DNA of 64,000 nucleotides, from contig OZ059900.1 of assembly GCA_964057225.1 (NCBI GenBank), forward strand, positions 16,430,001-16,494,000, in the 5' to 3' direction. Under the pieces are notes generated by a model, which saw only the letters and a list, made by a program, of their open reading frames with translations, was not told the origin of the DNA and did no database searches. Shown piece by piece: positions 13,601 to 28,042 of this stretch. The position numbers and the translations under genes were made by a program. This DNA is from Auanema rhodensis. Its lineage: Eukaryota > Animalia > Nematoda. Each line of letters opens with the position of its first letter. Position 1 is the first letter of the stretch.

Positions 13601-14706
13601 TTAGCCATAAGGGGCGTGCCCTCAGAATATGCTAATTTCCTTAATTTTCTAACCCTTGTTTTTTTGTCGTGAAAGTGGAACTAGACGTTGTACGATTAAT
13701 TTTGAGCTAGGTTTCATTGACATTGCATGAGTTTGAACACATGAAATCGTAAGTCAAAACCTTGTTTACAGCGAAATTTCCAAAAACTGGTTTTCCAGCA
13801 TAATAAAATATTTCTCATGGGAAATACTGTGTTTTTGTATTTTTCTAGTGTTCAGCATGTAAAATGCTTCATTTTAGTATGTAACACGCTGAAATTCGTT
13901 GCATTTGACGACTCATATGAACAAAAATCGATTTAATCAATATTAGCCATAAGGGACGTGCCCTCAGAATATGCTAATTTCCTTAATTTTCTAACCCCTG
14001 TTTTTTTGTCGTGAAAGTGGAACTAGACGTTGTACGAACAATTTTGAGCTAAGTTTCATTGACATTGCATGAGTTTGAACACATGAAATCGTAAGTCAAA
14101 ACCTTGTTTACAGCGAAATTTCCAAAAACTGGTTTTCCAGCATAATAAAATATTTCTCATGGGAAATACTGTGTTTTTGTTTTTTTCTAGTGTTCAGCAT
14201 GTAAAATGCTTCATTTTAGTATGTAACATGCAGAAATTCGTTGCATTTGACGACTCATATGAACAAAAATCGATTTAATCAATATTAGCCATAAGGGGCG
14301 TGCCCTCAGAATATGCTAATTTCCTTAATTTTCTAACCCCTGTTTTTTTGTCGTGAAAGTGGAACTAGACGTTGTACGAACAATTTTGAGCTAGGTTTCA
14401 TTGACATTGCATGAGTTTGAACACATGAAATCGTAAGTCAAAACCTTGTTTACAGCGAAATTTCCAAAAACTGGTTTTCCAGCATAATAAAATATTTCTC
14501 ATGGGAAATACTGTGTTTTTGTTTTTTTCTAGTGTTCAGCATGTAAAATGCTTCATTTTAGTATGTAACACGCTGAAATTCGTTGCATTTGACGACTCAT
14601 ATGAACAAAAATCGATTTAATCAATATTAGCCATAAGGGGCGTGCCCTCAGAATATGCTAATTTCCTTAATTTTCTAACCCCTGTTTTTTTGTCGTGAAA
14701 GTGAAA
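10603..14706 (+). repeat. About 5-monomer block repeated at a 7-monomer period (M32-36 vs M39-43)
   Basis: G14A+G230A+G293A / A243C+C318T / AC16TT+G276A / G30A+A159T+C207T+T210A / A159T occurs at 10603 and again at 12997. Confidence 0.85.
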
Positions 14707-17700
14707 CTAGACGTTGTACGAACAAATTTGAGCTAGGTTTCATTGACATTGCATGAGTTTGAACACATGAAATCGTAAGTCAAAACCTTGTTTACAGCGA
14801 AATTTCCAAAAACTGGTTTTCCAGCATAATAAAATATTTCTCATGGGAAATACTGTGTTTTTGTATTTTTCTAGTGTTCAGCATGTAAAATGCTTCATTT
14901 TAGTATGTAACACGCTGAAATTCGTTGCATTTGACGACTCATATGAACAAAAATCGATTTAATCAATATTAGCCATAAGGGGCGTGCCCTCAGAATATGC
15001 TAATTTCCTTAATTTTCTAACCCTTGTTTTTTTGTCGTGAAAGTGGAACTAGACGTTGTACGAACAATTTTGAGCTAGGTTTCATTGACATTGCATGAGT
15101 TTGAACACATGAAATCGTAAGTCAAAACCTTGTTTACAGCGAAATTTCCAAAAACTGGTTTTCCAGCATAATAAAATATTTCTCATGGGAAATACTGTAT
15201 TTTTGTATTTTTCTAGTGTTCAGCATGTAAAATGTTTCATTTTAGTATGTAACACGCTGAAATTCGTTGCATTTGACGACTCATATGAACAAAAATCGAT
15301 TTAATCAATATTAGCCATAAGGGGCGTGCCCTCAGAATATGCTAATTTCCTTAATTTTCTAACCCCTGTTTTTTTGTCGTGAAAGTGGAACTAGGCGTTG
15401 TACGAACAATTTTGAGCTAGGTTTCATTGACATTGCATGAGTTTGAACACATGAAATCGTAAGTCAAAACCTTGTTTACAGCGAAATTTCCAAAAACTGG
15501 TTTTCCAGCATAATAAAATATTTCTCATGGGAAATACTGTGTTTTTGTATTTTTCTAGTGTTCAGCATGTAAAATGCTTCATTTTAGTATGTAACACGCT
15601 GAAATTCGTTGCATTTGACGACTCATATGAACAAAAATCGATTTAATCAATATTAGCCATAAGGGGCGTGCCCTCAGAATATGCTAATTTCCTTAATTTT
15701 CTAACCCCTGTTTTTTTGTCGTGAAAGTGGAACTAGACGTTGTACGAACAATTTTGAGCTAGGTTTCATTGACATTGCATGAGTTTGAACACATGAAATC
15801 GTAAGTCAAAACCTTGTTTACAGCGAAATTTCCAAAAACTGGTTTTCCAGCATAATAAAATATTTCTCATGGGAAATACTGTGTTTTTGTATTTTTCTAG
15901 TGTTCAGCATGTTAAATGCTTCATTTTAGTATGTAACACGCTGAAATTCGTTGCATTTGACGACTCATATGAACAAAAATCGATTTAATCAATATTAGCC
16001 ATAAGGGGCGTGCCCTCAGAATATGCTAATTTCCTTAATTTTCTAACCCCTGTTTTTTTGTCGTGAAAGTGGAACTAGACGTTGTACGAACAATTTTGAG
16101 CTAGGTTTCATTAACATTGCATGAGTTTGAACACATGAAATCGTAAGTCAAAACCTTGTTTACAGCGAAATTTCCAAAAACTGGTTTTCCAGCATAATAA
16201 AATATTTCTCATGGGAAATACTGTGTTTTTGTATTTTTCTAGTGTTCAGCATGTAAAATGCTTCATTTTAGTATGTAACACGCTGAAATTCGTTGCATTT
16301 GACGACTCATATGAACAAAAATCGATTTAATCAATATTAGCCATAAGGGGCGTGCCCTCAGAATATGCTAATTTCCTTAATTTTCTAACCCCTGTTTTTT
16401 TGTCGTGAAAGTGGAACTAGACGTTGTACGAACAATTTTGAGCTAGGTTTCATTGACATTGCATGAGTTTGAACACATGAAATCGTAAGTCAAAACCTTG
16501 TTTACAGCGAAATTTCCAAAAACTGGTTTTCCAGCATAATAAAATATTTCTCATGGGAAATACTGTGTTTTTGTATTTTTCTAGTGTTCAGCATGTAAAA
16601 TGCTTCATTTTAGTATGTAACACGCTGAAATTCGTTGCATTTGACGACTCATATGAACAAAAATCGATTTAATCAATATTAGCCATAAGGGGCGTGCCCT
16701 CAGAATATGCTAATTTCCTTAATTTTCTAACCCCTGTTTTTTTGTCGTGAAAGTGGAACTAGACGTTGTACGAACAATTTTGAGCTAAGTTTCATTGACA
16801 TTGCATGAGTTTGAACACATGAAATCGTAAGTCAAAACCTTGTTTACAGCGAAATTTCCAAAAACTGGTTTTCCAGCATAATAAAATATTTCTCATGGGA
16901 AATACTGTGTTTTTGTATTTTTCTAGTGTTCAGCATGTAAAATGCTTCATTTTAGTATGTAACACGCTGAAATTCGTTGCATTTGACGACTCATATGAAC
17001 CAAAATCGATTTAATCAATATTAGCCATAAGGGGCGTGCCCTCAGAATATGCTAATTTCCTTAATTTTCTAACCCCTGTTTTTTTGTCGTGAAAGTGGAA
17101 CTAGACGTTGTACGAACAATTTTGAGCTAGGTTTCATTGACATTGCATGAGTTTGAACACATGAAATCGTAAGTCAAAACCTTGTTTACAGCGAAATTTC
17201 CAAAAACTGGTTTTCCAGCATAATAAAATATTTCTCATGGGAAATACTGTGTTTTTGTTTTTTTCTAGTGTTCAGCATGTAAAATGCTTCATTTTAGTAT
17301 GTAACACGCTGAAATTCGTTGCATTTGACGACTCATATGAACAAAAATCGATTTAATCAATATTAGCCATAAGGGGCGTGCCCTCAGAATATGCTAATTT
17401 CCTTAATTTTCTAACCCCTGTTTTTTTGTCGTGAAAGTGAAACTAGACGTTGTACGAACAAATTTGAGCTAGGTTTCATTGACATTGCATGAGTTTGAAC
17501 ACATGAAATCGTAAGTCAAAACCTTGTTTACAGCGAAATTTCCAAAAACTGGTTTTCCAGCATAATAAAATATTTCTCATGGGAAATACTGTGTTTTTGT
17601 ATTTTTCTAGTGTTCAGCATGTAAAATGCTTCATTTTAGTATGTAACACGCTGAAATTCGTTGCATTTGACGACTCATATGAACAAAAATCGATTTAATC

Positions 17701-19836
17701 AATATTAGCCATAAGGGGCGTGCCCTCAGAATATGCTAATTTCCTTAATTTTCTAACCCTTGTTTTTTTGTCGTGAAAGTGGAACTAGACGTTGTACGAA
17801 CAATTTTGAGCTAGGTTTCATTGACATTGCATGAGTTTGAACACATGAAATCGTAAGTCAAAACCTTGTTTACAGCGAAATTTCCAAAAACTGGTTTTCC
17901 AGCATAATAAAATATTTCTCATGGGAAATACTGTATTTTTGTATTTTTCTAGTGTTCAGCATGTAAAATGTTTCATTTTAGTATGTAACACGCTGAAATT
18001 CGTTGCATTTGACGACTCATATGAACAAAAATCGATTTAATCAATATTAGCCATAAGGGGCGTGCCCTCAGAATATGCTAATTTCCTTAATTTTCTAACC
18101 CCTGTTTTTTTGTCGTGAAAGTGGAACTAGACGTTGTAGGAACAATTTTGAGCTAGGTTTCATTGACATTGCATGAGTTTGAACACATGAAATCGTAAGT
18201 CAAAACCTTGTTTACAGCGAAATTTCCAAAAACTGGTTTTCCAGCATAATAAAATATTTCTCATGGGAAATACTGTGTTTTTGTATTTTTCTAGTGTTCA
18301 GCATGTAAAATGCTTCATTTTAGTATGTAACACGCTGAAATTCGTTGCATTTGACGACTCATATGAACAAAAATCGATTTAATCAATATTAGCCATAAGG
18401 GGCGTGCCCTCAGAATATGCTAATTTCCTTAATTTTCTAACCCCTGTTTTTTTGTCGTGAAAGTGGAACTAGGCGTTGTACGAACAATTTTGAGCTAGGT
18501 TTCATTGACATTGCATGAGTTTGAACACATGAAATCGTAAGTCAAAACCTTGTTTACAGCGAAATTTCCAAAAACTGGTTTTCCAGCATAATAAAATATT
18601 TCTCATGGGAAATACTGTGTTTTTGTATTTTTCTAGTGTTCAGCATGTAAAATGCTTCATTTTAGTATGTAACACGCTGAAATTCGTTGCATTTGACGAC
18701 TCATATGAACAAAAATCGATTTAATCAATATTAGCCATAAGGGGCGTGCCCTCAGAATATGCTAATTTCCTTAATTTTCTAACCCCTGTTTTTTTGTCGT
18801 GAAAGTGGAACTAGGCGTTGTACGAACAATTTTGAGCTAGGTTTCATTGACATTGCATGAGTTTGAACACATGAAATCGTAAGTCAAAACCTTGTTTACA
18901 GCGAAATTTCCAAAAACTGGTTTTCCAGCATAATAAAATATTTCTCATGGGAAATACTGTGTTTTTGTATTTTTCTAGTGTTCAGCATGTAAAATGCTTC
19001 ATTTTAGTATGTAACACGCTGAAATTCGTTGCATTTGACGACTCATATGAACAAAAATCGATTTAATCAATATTAGCCATAAGGGGCGTGCCCTCAGAAT
19101 ATGCTAATTTCCTTAATTTTCTAACCCCTGTTTTTTTGTCGTGAAAGTGGAACTAGACGTTGTACGAACAATTTTGAGCTAGGTTTCATTGACATTGCAT
19201 GAGTTTGAACACATGAAATCGTAAGTCAAAACCTTGTTTACAGCGAAATTTCCAAAAACTGGTTTTCCAGCATAATAAAATATTTCTCATGGGAAATACT
19301 GTGTTTTTGTATTTTTCTAGTGTTCAGCATGTAAAATGCTTCATTTTAGTATGTAACACGCTGAAATTCGTTGCATTTGACGACTCATATGAACAAAAAT
19401 CGATTTAATCAATATTAGCCATAAGGGGCGTGCCCTCAGAATATGCTAATTTCCTTAATTTTCTAACCCCTGTTTTTTTGTCGTGAAAGTGGAACTAGAC
19501 GTTGTACGAACAATTTTGAGCTAAGTTTCATTGACATTGCATGAGTTTGAACACATGAAATCGTAAGTCAAAACCTTGTTTACAGCGAAATTTCCAAAAA
19601 CTGGTTTTCCAGCATAATAAAATATTTCTCATGGGAAATACTGTGTTTTTGTTTTTTTCTAGTGTTCAGCATGTAAAATGCTTCATTTTAGTATGTAACA
19701 CGCTGAAATTCGTTGCATTTGACGACTCATATGAACAAAAATCGATTTAATCAATATTAGCCATAAGGGGCGTGCCCTCAGAATATACTAATTTCCTTAA
19801 TTTTCTAACCCCTGTTTTTTTGTCGTGAAAGTGGAA

Positions 19837-22800
19837 CTAGACGTTGTACGAACAATTTTGAGCTAGGTTTCATTGACATTGCATGAGTTTGAACACATGA
19901 AATCGTAAGTCAAAACCTTGTTTACAGCGAAATTTCCAAAAACTGGTTTTCCAGCATAATAAAATATTTCTCATGGGAAATACTGTGTTTTTGTATTTTT
20001 CTAGTGTTCAGCATGTAAAATGCTTCATTTTAGTATGTAACACGCTGAAATTCGTTGCATTTGACGACTCATATGAACCAAAATCGATTTAATCAATATT
20101 AGCCATAAGGGGCGTGCCCTCAGAATATGCTAATTTCCTTAATTTTCTAACCCTTGTTTTTTTGTCGTGAAAGTGGAACTAGACGTTGTACGAACAATTT
20201 TGAGCTAGGTTTCATTGACATTGCATGAGTTTGAACACATGAAATCGTAAGTCAAAACCTTGTTTACAGCGAAATTTCCAAAAACTGGTTTTCCAGCATA
20301 ATAAAATATTTCTCATGGGAAATACTGTGTTTTTGTATTTTTCTAGTGTTCAGCATGTAAAATGCTTCATTTTAGTATGTAACACGCTGAAATTCGTTGC
20401 ATTTGACGACTCATATGAACAAAAATCGATTTAATCAATATTAGCCATAAGGGGCGTGCCCTCAGAATATGCTAATTTCCTTAATTTTCTAACCCCTGTT
20501 TTTTTGTCGTGAAAGTGGAACTAGACGTTGTACAAACAATTTTGAGCTAGGTTTCATTGACATTGCATGAGTTTGAACACATGAAATCGTAAGTCAAAAC
20601 CTTGTTTACAGCGAAATTTCCAAAAACTGGTTTTCCAGCATAATAAAATATTTCTCATGGGAAATACTGTGTTTTTGTATTTTTCTAGTGTTCAGCATGT
20701 AAAATGCTTCATTTTAGTATGTAACACGCTGAAATTCGTTGCATTTGACGACTCATATGAACAAAAATCGATTTAATCAATATTAGCCATAAGGGGCGTG
20801 CCCTCAGAATATGCTAATTTCCTTAATTTTCTAACCCCTGTTTTTTTGTCGTGAAAGTGGAACTAGACGTTGTACAAACAATTTTGAGCTAGGTTTCATT
20901 GACATTGCATGAGTTTGAACACATGAAATCGTAAGTCAAAACCTTGTTTACAGCGAAATTTCCAAAAACTGGTTTTCCAGCATAATAAAATATTTCTCAT
21001 GGGAAATACTGTGTTTTTGTATTTTTCTAGTGTTCAGCATGTAAAATGCTTCATTTTAGTATGTAACACGCTGAAATTCGTTGCATTTGACGACTCATAT
21101 GAACAAAAATCGATTTAATCAATATTAGCCATAAGGGGCGTGCCCTCAGAATATACTAATTTCCTTAATTTTCTAACCCCTGTTTTTTTGTCGTGAAAGT
21201 GGAACTAGACGTTGTACGAACAATTTTGAGCTAGGTTTCATTGACATTGCATGAGTTTGAACACATGAAATCGTAAGTCAAAACCTTGTTTACAGCGAAA
21301 TTTCCAAAAACTGGTTTTCCAGCATAATAAAATATTTCTCATGGGAAATACTGTGTTTTTGTATTTTTCTAGTGTTCAGCATGTAAAATGCTTCATTTTA
21401 GTATGTAACACGCTGAAATTCGTTGCATTTGACGACTCATATGAACCAAAATCGATTTAATCAATATTAGCCATAAGGGGCGTGCCCTCAGAATATGCTA
21501 ATTTCCTTAATTTTCTAACCCTTGTTTTTTTGTCGGGAAAGTGGAACTAGACGTTGTACGATTAATTTTGAGCTAGGTTTCATTGACATTGCATGAGTTT
21601 GAACACATGAAATCGTAAGTCAAAACCTTGTTTACAGCGAAATTTCCAAAAACTGGTTTTCCAGCATAATAAAATATTTCTCATGGGAAATACTGTGTTT
21701 TTGTATTTTTCTAGTGTTCAGCATGTAAAATGCTTCATTTTAGTATGTAACACGCTGAAATTCGTTGCATTTGACGACTCATATGAACAAAAATCGATTT
21801 AATCAATATTAGCCATAAGGGGCGTGCCCTCAGAATATGCTAATTTCCTTAATTTTCTAACCCCTGTTTTTTTGTCGTGAAAGTGGAACTAGACGTTGTA
21901 CGAACAATTTTGAGCTAAGTTTCATTGACATTGCATGAGTTTGAACACATGAAATCGTAAGTCAAAACCTTGTTTACAGCGAAATTTCCAAAAACTGGTT
22001 TTCCAGCATAATAAAATATTTCTCATGGGAAATACTGTGTTTTTGTTTTTTTCTAGTGTTCAGCATGTAAAATGCTTCATTTTAGTATGTAACATGCAGA
22101 AATTCGTTGCATTTGACGACTCATATGAACAAAAATCGATTTAATCAATATTAGCCATAAGGGGCGTGCCCTCAGAATATGCTAATTTCCTTAATTTTCT
22201 AACCCCTGTTTTTTTGTCGTGAAAGTGGAACTAGACGTTGTACGAACAATTTTGAGCTAGGTTTCATTGACATTGCATGAGTTTGAACACATGAAATCGT
22301 AAGTCAAAACCTTGTTTACAGCGAAATTTCCAAAAACTGGTTTTCCAGCATATTAAAATATTTCTCATGGGAAATACTGTGTTTTTGTATTTTTCTAGTG
22401 TTCAGCATGTAAAATGCTTCATTTTAGTATGTAACACGCTGAAATTCGTTGCATTTGACGACTCATATGAACAAAAATCGATTTAATCAATATTAGCTAT
22501 AAGGGGCGTGCCCTCAGAATATGCTAATTTCCTTAATTTTCTAACCCCTGTTTTTTTGTCGTGAAAGTGGAACTAGACGTTGTACGAACAATTTTGAGCT
22601 AAGTTTCATTGACATTGCATGAGTTTGAACACATGAAATCGTAAGTCAAAACCTTGTTTACAGCGAAATTTCCAAAAACTGGTTTTCCAGCATAATAAAA
22701 TATTTCTCATGGGAAATACTGTGTTTTTGTATTCTTCTAGTGTTCAGCATGTAAAATGCTTCATTTTAGTATGTAACACGCTGAAATTCGTTGCATTTGA

Positions 22801-25800
22801 CGACTCATATGAACAAAAATCGATTTAATCAATATTAGCCATAAGGGGCGTGCCCTCAGAATATGCTAATTTCCTTAATTTTCTAACCCCTGTTTTTTGT
22901 CGTGAAAGTGGAACTAGACGTTGTACGAACAATTTTGAGCTAGGTTTCATTGACATTGCATGAGTTTGAACACATGAAATCGTAAGTCAAAACCTTGTTT
23001 ACAGCGAAATTTCCAAAAACTGGTTTTCCAGCATAATAAAATATTTCTCATGGGAAATACTGTGTTTTTGTATTTTTCTAGTGTTCAGCATGTAAAATGC
23101 TTCATTTTAGTATGTAACACGCTGAAATTCGTTGCATTTGACGACTCATATGAACAAAAATCGATTTAATCAATATTAGCCATAAGGGGCGTGCCCTCAG
23201 AATATGCTAATTTCCTTAATTTTCTAACCCCTGTTTTTTTGTCGTGAAAGTGGAACTAGACGTTGTACGAACAATTTTGAGCTAGGTTTCATTGACATTG
23301 CATGAGTTTGAACACATGAAATCGTAAGTCAAAACCTTGTTTACAGCGAAATTTCCAAAAACTGGTTTTCCAGCATAATAAAATATTTCTCATGGGAAAT
23401 ACTGTGTTTTTGTATTCTTCTAGTGTTCAGCATGTAAAATGCTTCATTTTAGTATGTAACACGCTGAAATTCGTTGCATTTGACGACTCATATGAACAAA
23501 AATCGATTTAATCAATATTAGCCATAAGGGGCGTGCCCTCAGAATATGCTAATTTCCTTAATTTTCTAACCCCTGTTTTTTTGTCGTGAAAGTGGAACTA
23601 GACGTTGTACGAACAATTTTGAGCTAGGTTTCAATGACATTGCATGAGTTTGAACACATGAAATCGTAAGTCAAAACCTTGTTTACAGCGAAATTTCCAA
23701 AAACTGGTTTTCCAGCATAATAAAATATTTCTCATGGGAAATACTGTGTTTTTGTATTCTTCTAGTGTTCAGCATGTAAAATGCTTCATTTTAGTATGTA
23801 ACACGCTGAAATTCGTTGCATTTGACGACTCATATGAACAAAAATCGATTTAATCAATATTAGCCATAAGGGGCGTGCCCTCAGAATATGCTAATTTCCT
23901 TAATTTTCTAACCCCTGTTTTTTTGTCGTGAAAGTGGAACTAGACGTTGTACGAACAATTTTGAGCTAGGTTTCATTGACATTGCATGAGTTTGAACACA
24001 TGAAATCGTAAGTCAAAACCTTGTTTACAGCGAAATTTCCAAAAACTGGTTTTCCAGCATAATAAAATATTTCTCATGGGAAATACTGTGTTTTTGTATT
24101 TTTCTAGTGTTCAGCATGTAAAATGCTTCATTTTAGTATGTAACACGCTGAAATTCGTTGCATTTGACGACTCATATGAACCAAAATCGATTTAATCAAT
24201 ATTAGCCATAAGGGGCGTGCCCTCAGAATATGCTAATTTCCTTAATTTTCTAACCCTTGTTTTTTTGTCGTGAAAGTGGAACTAGACGTTGTACGAACAA
24301 TTTTGAGCTAGGTTTCATTGACATTGCATGAGTTTGAACACATGAAATCGTAAGTCAAAACCTTGTTTACAGCGAAATTTCCAAAAACTGGTTTTCCAGC
24401 ATAATAAAATATTTCTCATGGGAAATACTGTGTTTTTGTATTTTTCTAGTGTTCAGCATGTAAAATGCTTCATTTTAGTATGTAACACGCTGAAATTCGT
24501 TGCATTTGACGACTCATATGAACAAAAATCGATTTAATCAATATTAGCCATAAGGGGCGTGCCCTCAGAATATGCTAATTTCCTTAATTTTCTAACCCCT
24601 GTTTTTTTGTCGTGAAAGTGGAACTAGACGTTGTACAAACAATTTTGAGCTAGGTTTCATTGACATTGCATGAGTTTGAACACATGAAATCGTAAGTCAA
24701 AACCTTGTTTACAGCGAAATTTCCAAAAACTGGTTTTCCAGCATAATAAAATATTTCTCATGGGAAATACTGTGTTTTTGTATTTTTCTAGTGTTCAGCA
24801 TGTAAAATGCTTCATTTTAGTATGTAACACGCTGAAATTCGTTGCATTTGACGACTCATATGAACAAAAATCGATTTAATCAATATTAGCCATAAGGGGC
24901 GTGCCCTCAGAATATGCTAATTTCCTTAATTTTCTAACCCCTGTTTTTTTGTCGTGAAAGTGGAACTAGACGTTGTACAAACAATTTTGAGCTAGGTTTC
25001 ATTGACATTGCATGAGTTTGAACACATGAAATCGTAAGTCAAAACCTTGTTTACAGCGAAATTTCCAAAAACTGGTTTTCCAGCATAATAAAATATTTCT
25101 CATGGGAAATACTGTGTTTTTGTATTTTTCTAGTGTTCAGCATGTAAAATGCTTCATTTTAGTATGTAACACGCTGAAATTCGTTGCATTTGACGACTCA
25201 TATGAACAAAAATCGATTTAATCAATATTAGCCATAAGGGGCGTGCCCTCAGAATATACTAATTTCCTTAATTTTCTAACCCCTGTTTTTTTGTCGTGAA
25301 AGTGGAACTAGACGTTGTACGAACAATTTTGAGCTAGGTTTCATTGACATTGCATGAGTTTGAACACATGAAATCGTAAGTCAAAACCTTGTTTACAGCG
25401 AAATTTCCAAAAACTGGTTTTCCAGCATAATAAAATATTTCTCATGGGAAATACTGTGTTTTTGTATTTTTCTAGTGTTCAGCATGTAAAATGCTTCATT
25501 TTAGTATGTAACACGCTGAAATTCGTTGCATTTGACGACTCATATGAACCAAAATCGATTTAATCAATATTAGCCATAAGGGGCGTGCCCTCAGAATATG
25601 CTAATTTCCTTAATTTTCTAACCCTTGTTTTTTTGTCGGGAAAGTGGAACTAGACGTTGTACGATTAATTTTGAGCTAGGTTTCATTGACATTGCATGAG
25701 TTTGAACACATGAAATCGTAAGTCAAAACCTTGTTTACAGCGAAATTTCCAAAAACTGGTTTTCCAGCATAATAAAATATTTCTCATGGGAAATACTGTG

Positions 25801-28042
25801 TTTTTGTATTTTTCTAGTGTTCAGCATGTAAAATGCTTCATTTTAGTATGTAACACGCTGAAATTCGTTGCATTTGACGACTCATATGAACAAAAATCGA
25901 TTTAATCAATATTAGCCATAAGGGGCGTGCCCTCAGAATATGCTAATTTCCTTAATTTTCTAACCCCTGTTTTTTTGTCGTGAAAGTGGAACTAGACGTT
26001 GTACGAACAATTTTGAGCTAAGTTTCATTGACATTGCATGAGTTTGAACACATGAAATCGTAAGTCAAAACCTTGTTTACAGCGAAATTTCCAAAAACTG
26101 GTTTTCCAGCATAATAAAATATTTCTCATGGGAAATACTGTGTTTTTGTTTTTTTCTAGTGTTCAGCATGTAAAATGCTTCATTTTAGTATGTAACATGC
26201 AGAAATTCGTTGCATTTGACGACTCATATGAACAAAAATCGATTTAATCAATATTAGCCATAAGGGGCGTGCCCTCAGAATATGCTAATTTCCTTAATTT
26301 TCTAACCCCTGTTTTTTTGTCGTGAAAGTGGAACTAGACGTTGTACGAACAATTTTGAGCTAGGTTTCATTGACATTGCATGAGTTTGAACACATGAAAT
26401 CGTAAGTCAAAACCTTGTTTACAGCGAAATTTCCAAAAACTGGTTTTCCAGCATATTAAAATATTTCTCATGGGAAATACTGTGTTTTTGTATTTTTCTA
26501 GTGTTCAGCATGTAAAATGCTTCATTTTAGTATGTAACACGCTGAAATTCGTTGCATTTGACGACTCATATGAACAAAAATCGATTTAATCAATATTAGC
26601 TATAAGGGGCGTGCCCTCAGAATATGCTAATTTCCTTAATTTTCTAACCCCTGTTTTTTTGTCGTGAAAGTGGAACTAGACGTTGTACGAACAATTTTGA
26701 GCTAAGTTTCATTGACATTGCATGAGTTTGAACACATGAAATCGTAAGTCAAAACCTTGTTTACAGCGAAATTTCCAAAAACTGGTTTTCCAGCATAATA
26801 AAATATTTCTCATGGGAAATACTGTGTTTTTGTATTCTTCTAGTGTTCAGCATGTAAAATGCTTCATTTTAGTATGTAACACGCTGAAATTCGTTGCATT
26901 TGACGACTCATATGAACAAAAATCGATTTAATCAATATTAGCCATAAGGGGCGTGCCCTCAGAATATGCTAATTTCCTTAATTTTCTAACCCCTGTTTTT
27001 TGTCGTGAAAGTGGAACTAGACGTTGTACGAACAATTTTGAGCTAGGTTTCATTGACATTGCATGAGTTTGAACACATGAAATCGTAAGTCAAAACCTTG
27101 TTTACAGCGAAATTTCCAAAAACTGGTTTTCCAGCATAATAAAATATTTCTCATGGGAAATACTGTGTTTTTGTATTTTTCTAGTGTTCAGCATGTAAAA
27201 TGCTTCATTTTAGTATGTAACACGCTGAAATTCGTTGCATTTGACGACTCATATGAACAAAAATCGATTTAATCAATATTAGCCATAAGGGGCGTGCCCT
27301 CAGAATATGCTAATTTCCTTAATTTTCTAACCCCTGTTTTTTTGTCGTGAAAGTGGAACTAGACGTTGTACGAACAATTTTGAGCTAGGTTTCATTGACA
27401 TTGCATGAGTTTGAACACATGAAATCGTAAGTCAAAACCTTGTTTACAGCGAAATTTCCAAAAACTGGTTTTCCAGCATAATAAAATATTTCTCATGGGA
27501 AATACTGTGTTTTTGTATTCTTCTAGTGTTCAGCATGTAAAATGCTTCATTTTAGTATGTAACACGCTGAAATTCGTTGCATTTGACGACTCATATGAAC
27601 AAAAATCGATTTAATCAATATTAGCCATAAGGGGCGTGCCCTCAGAATATGCTAATTTCCTTAATTTTCTAACCCCTGTTTTTTTGTCGTGAAAGTGGAA
27701 CTAGACGTTGTACGAACAATTTTGAGCTAGGTTTCAATGACATTGCATGAGTTTGAACACATGAAATCGTAAGTCAAAACCTTGTTTACAGCGAAATTTC
27801 CAAAAACTGGTTTTCCAGCATAATAAAATATTTCTCATGGGAAATACTGTGTTTTTGTATTCTTCTAGTGTTCAGCATGTAAAATGCTTCATTTTAGTAT
27901 GTAACACGCTGAAATTCGTTGCATTTGACGACTCATATGAACAAAAATCGATTTAATCAATATTAGCCATAAGGGGCGTGCCCTCAGAATATGCTAATTT
28001 CCTTAATTTTCTAACCCCTGTTTTTTTGTCGTGAAAGTGGAA
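19837..28042 (+). repeat. Perfect tandem duplication of a 12-monomer block (4103 bp x2; M59-70 = M71-82)
   Basis: Same variant order in both copies, including T332G (about 21536/25639), A123T+C268T, T37A and a shared 1-bp deletion in the T7 tract (M67 and M79). Confidence 0.92.

Larger units (their letters stand above)
1..28042 (+). repeat. Variant domain I (M1-M82)
   Basis: Recurrent markers G30A, A159T, G293A, A243C+C318T, A5G, A181T, G39A, AC16-17TT and T162C. Confidence 0.8.
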
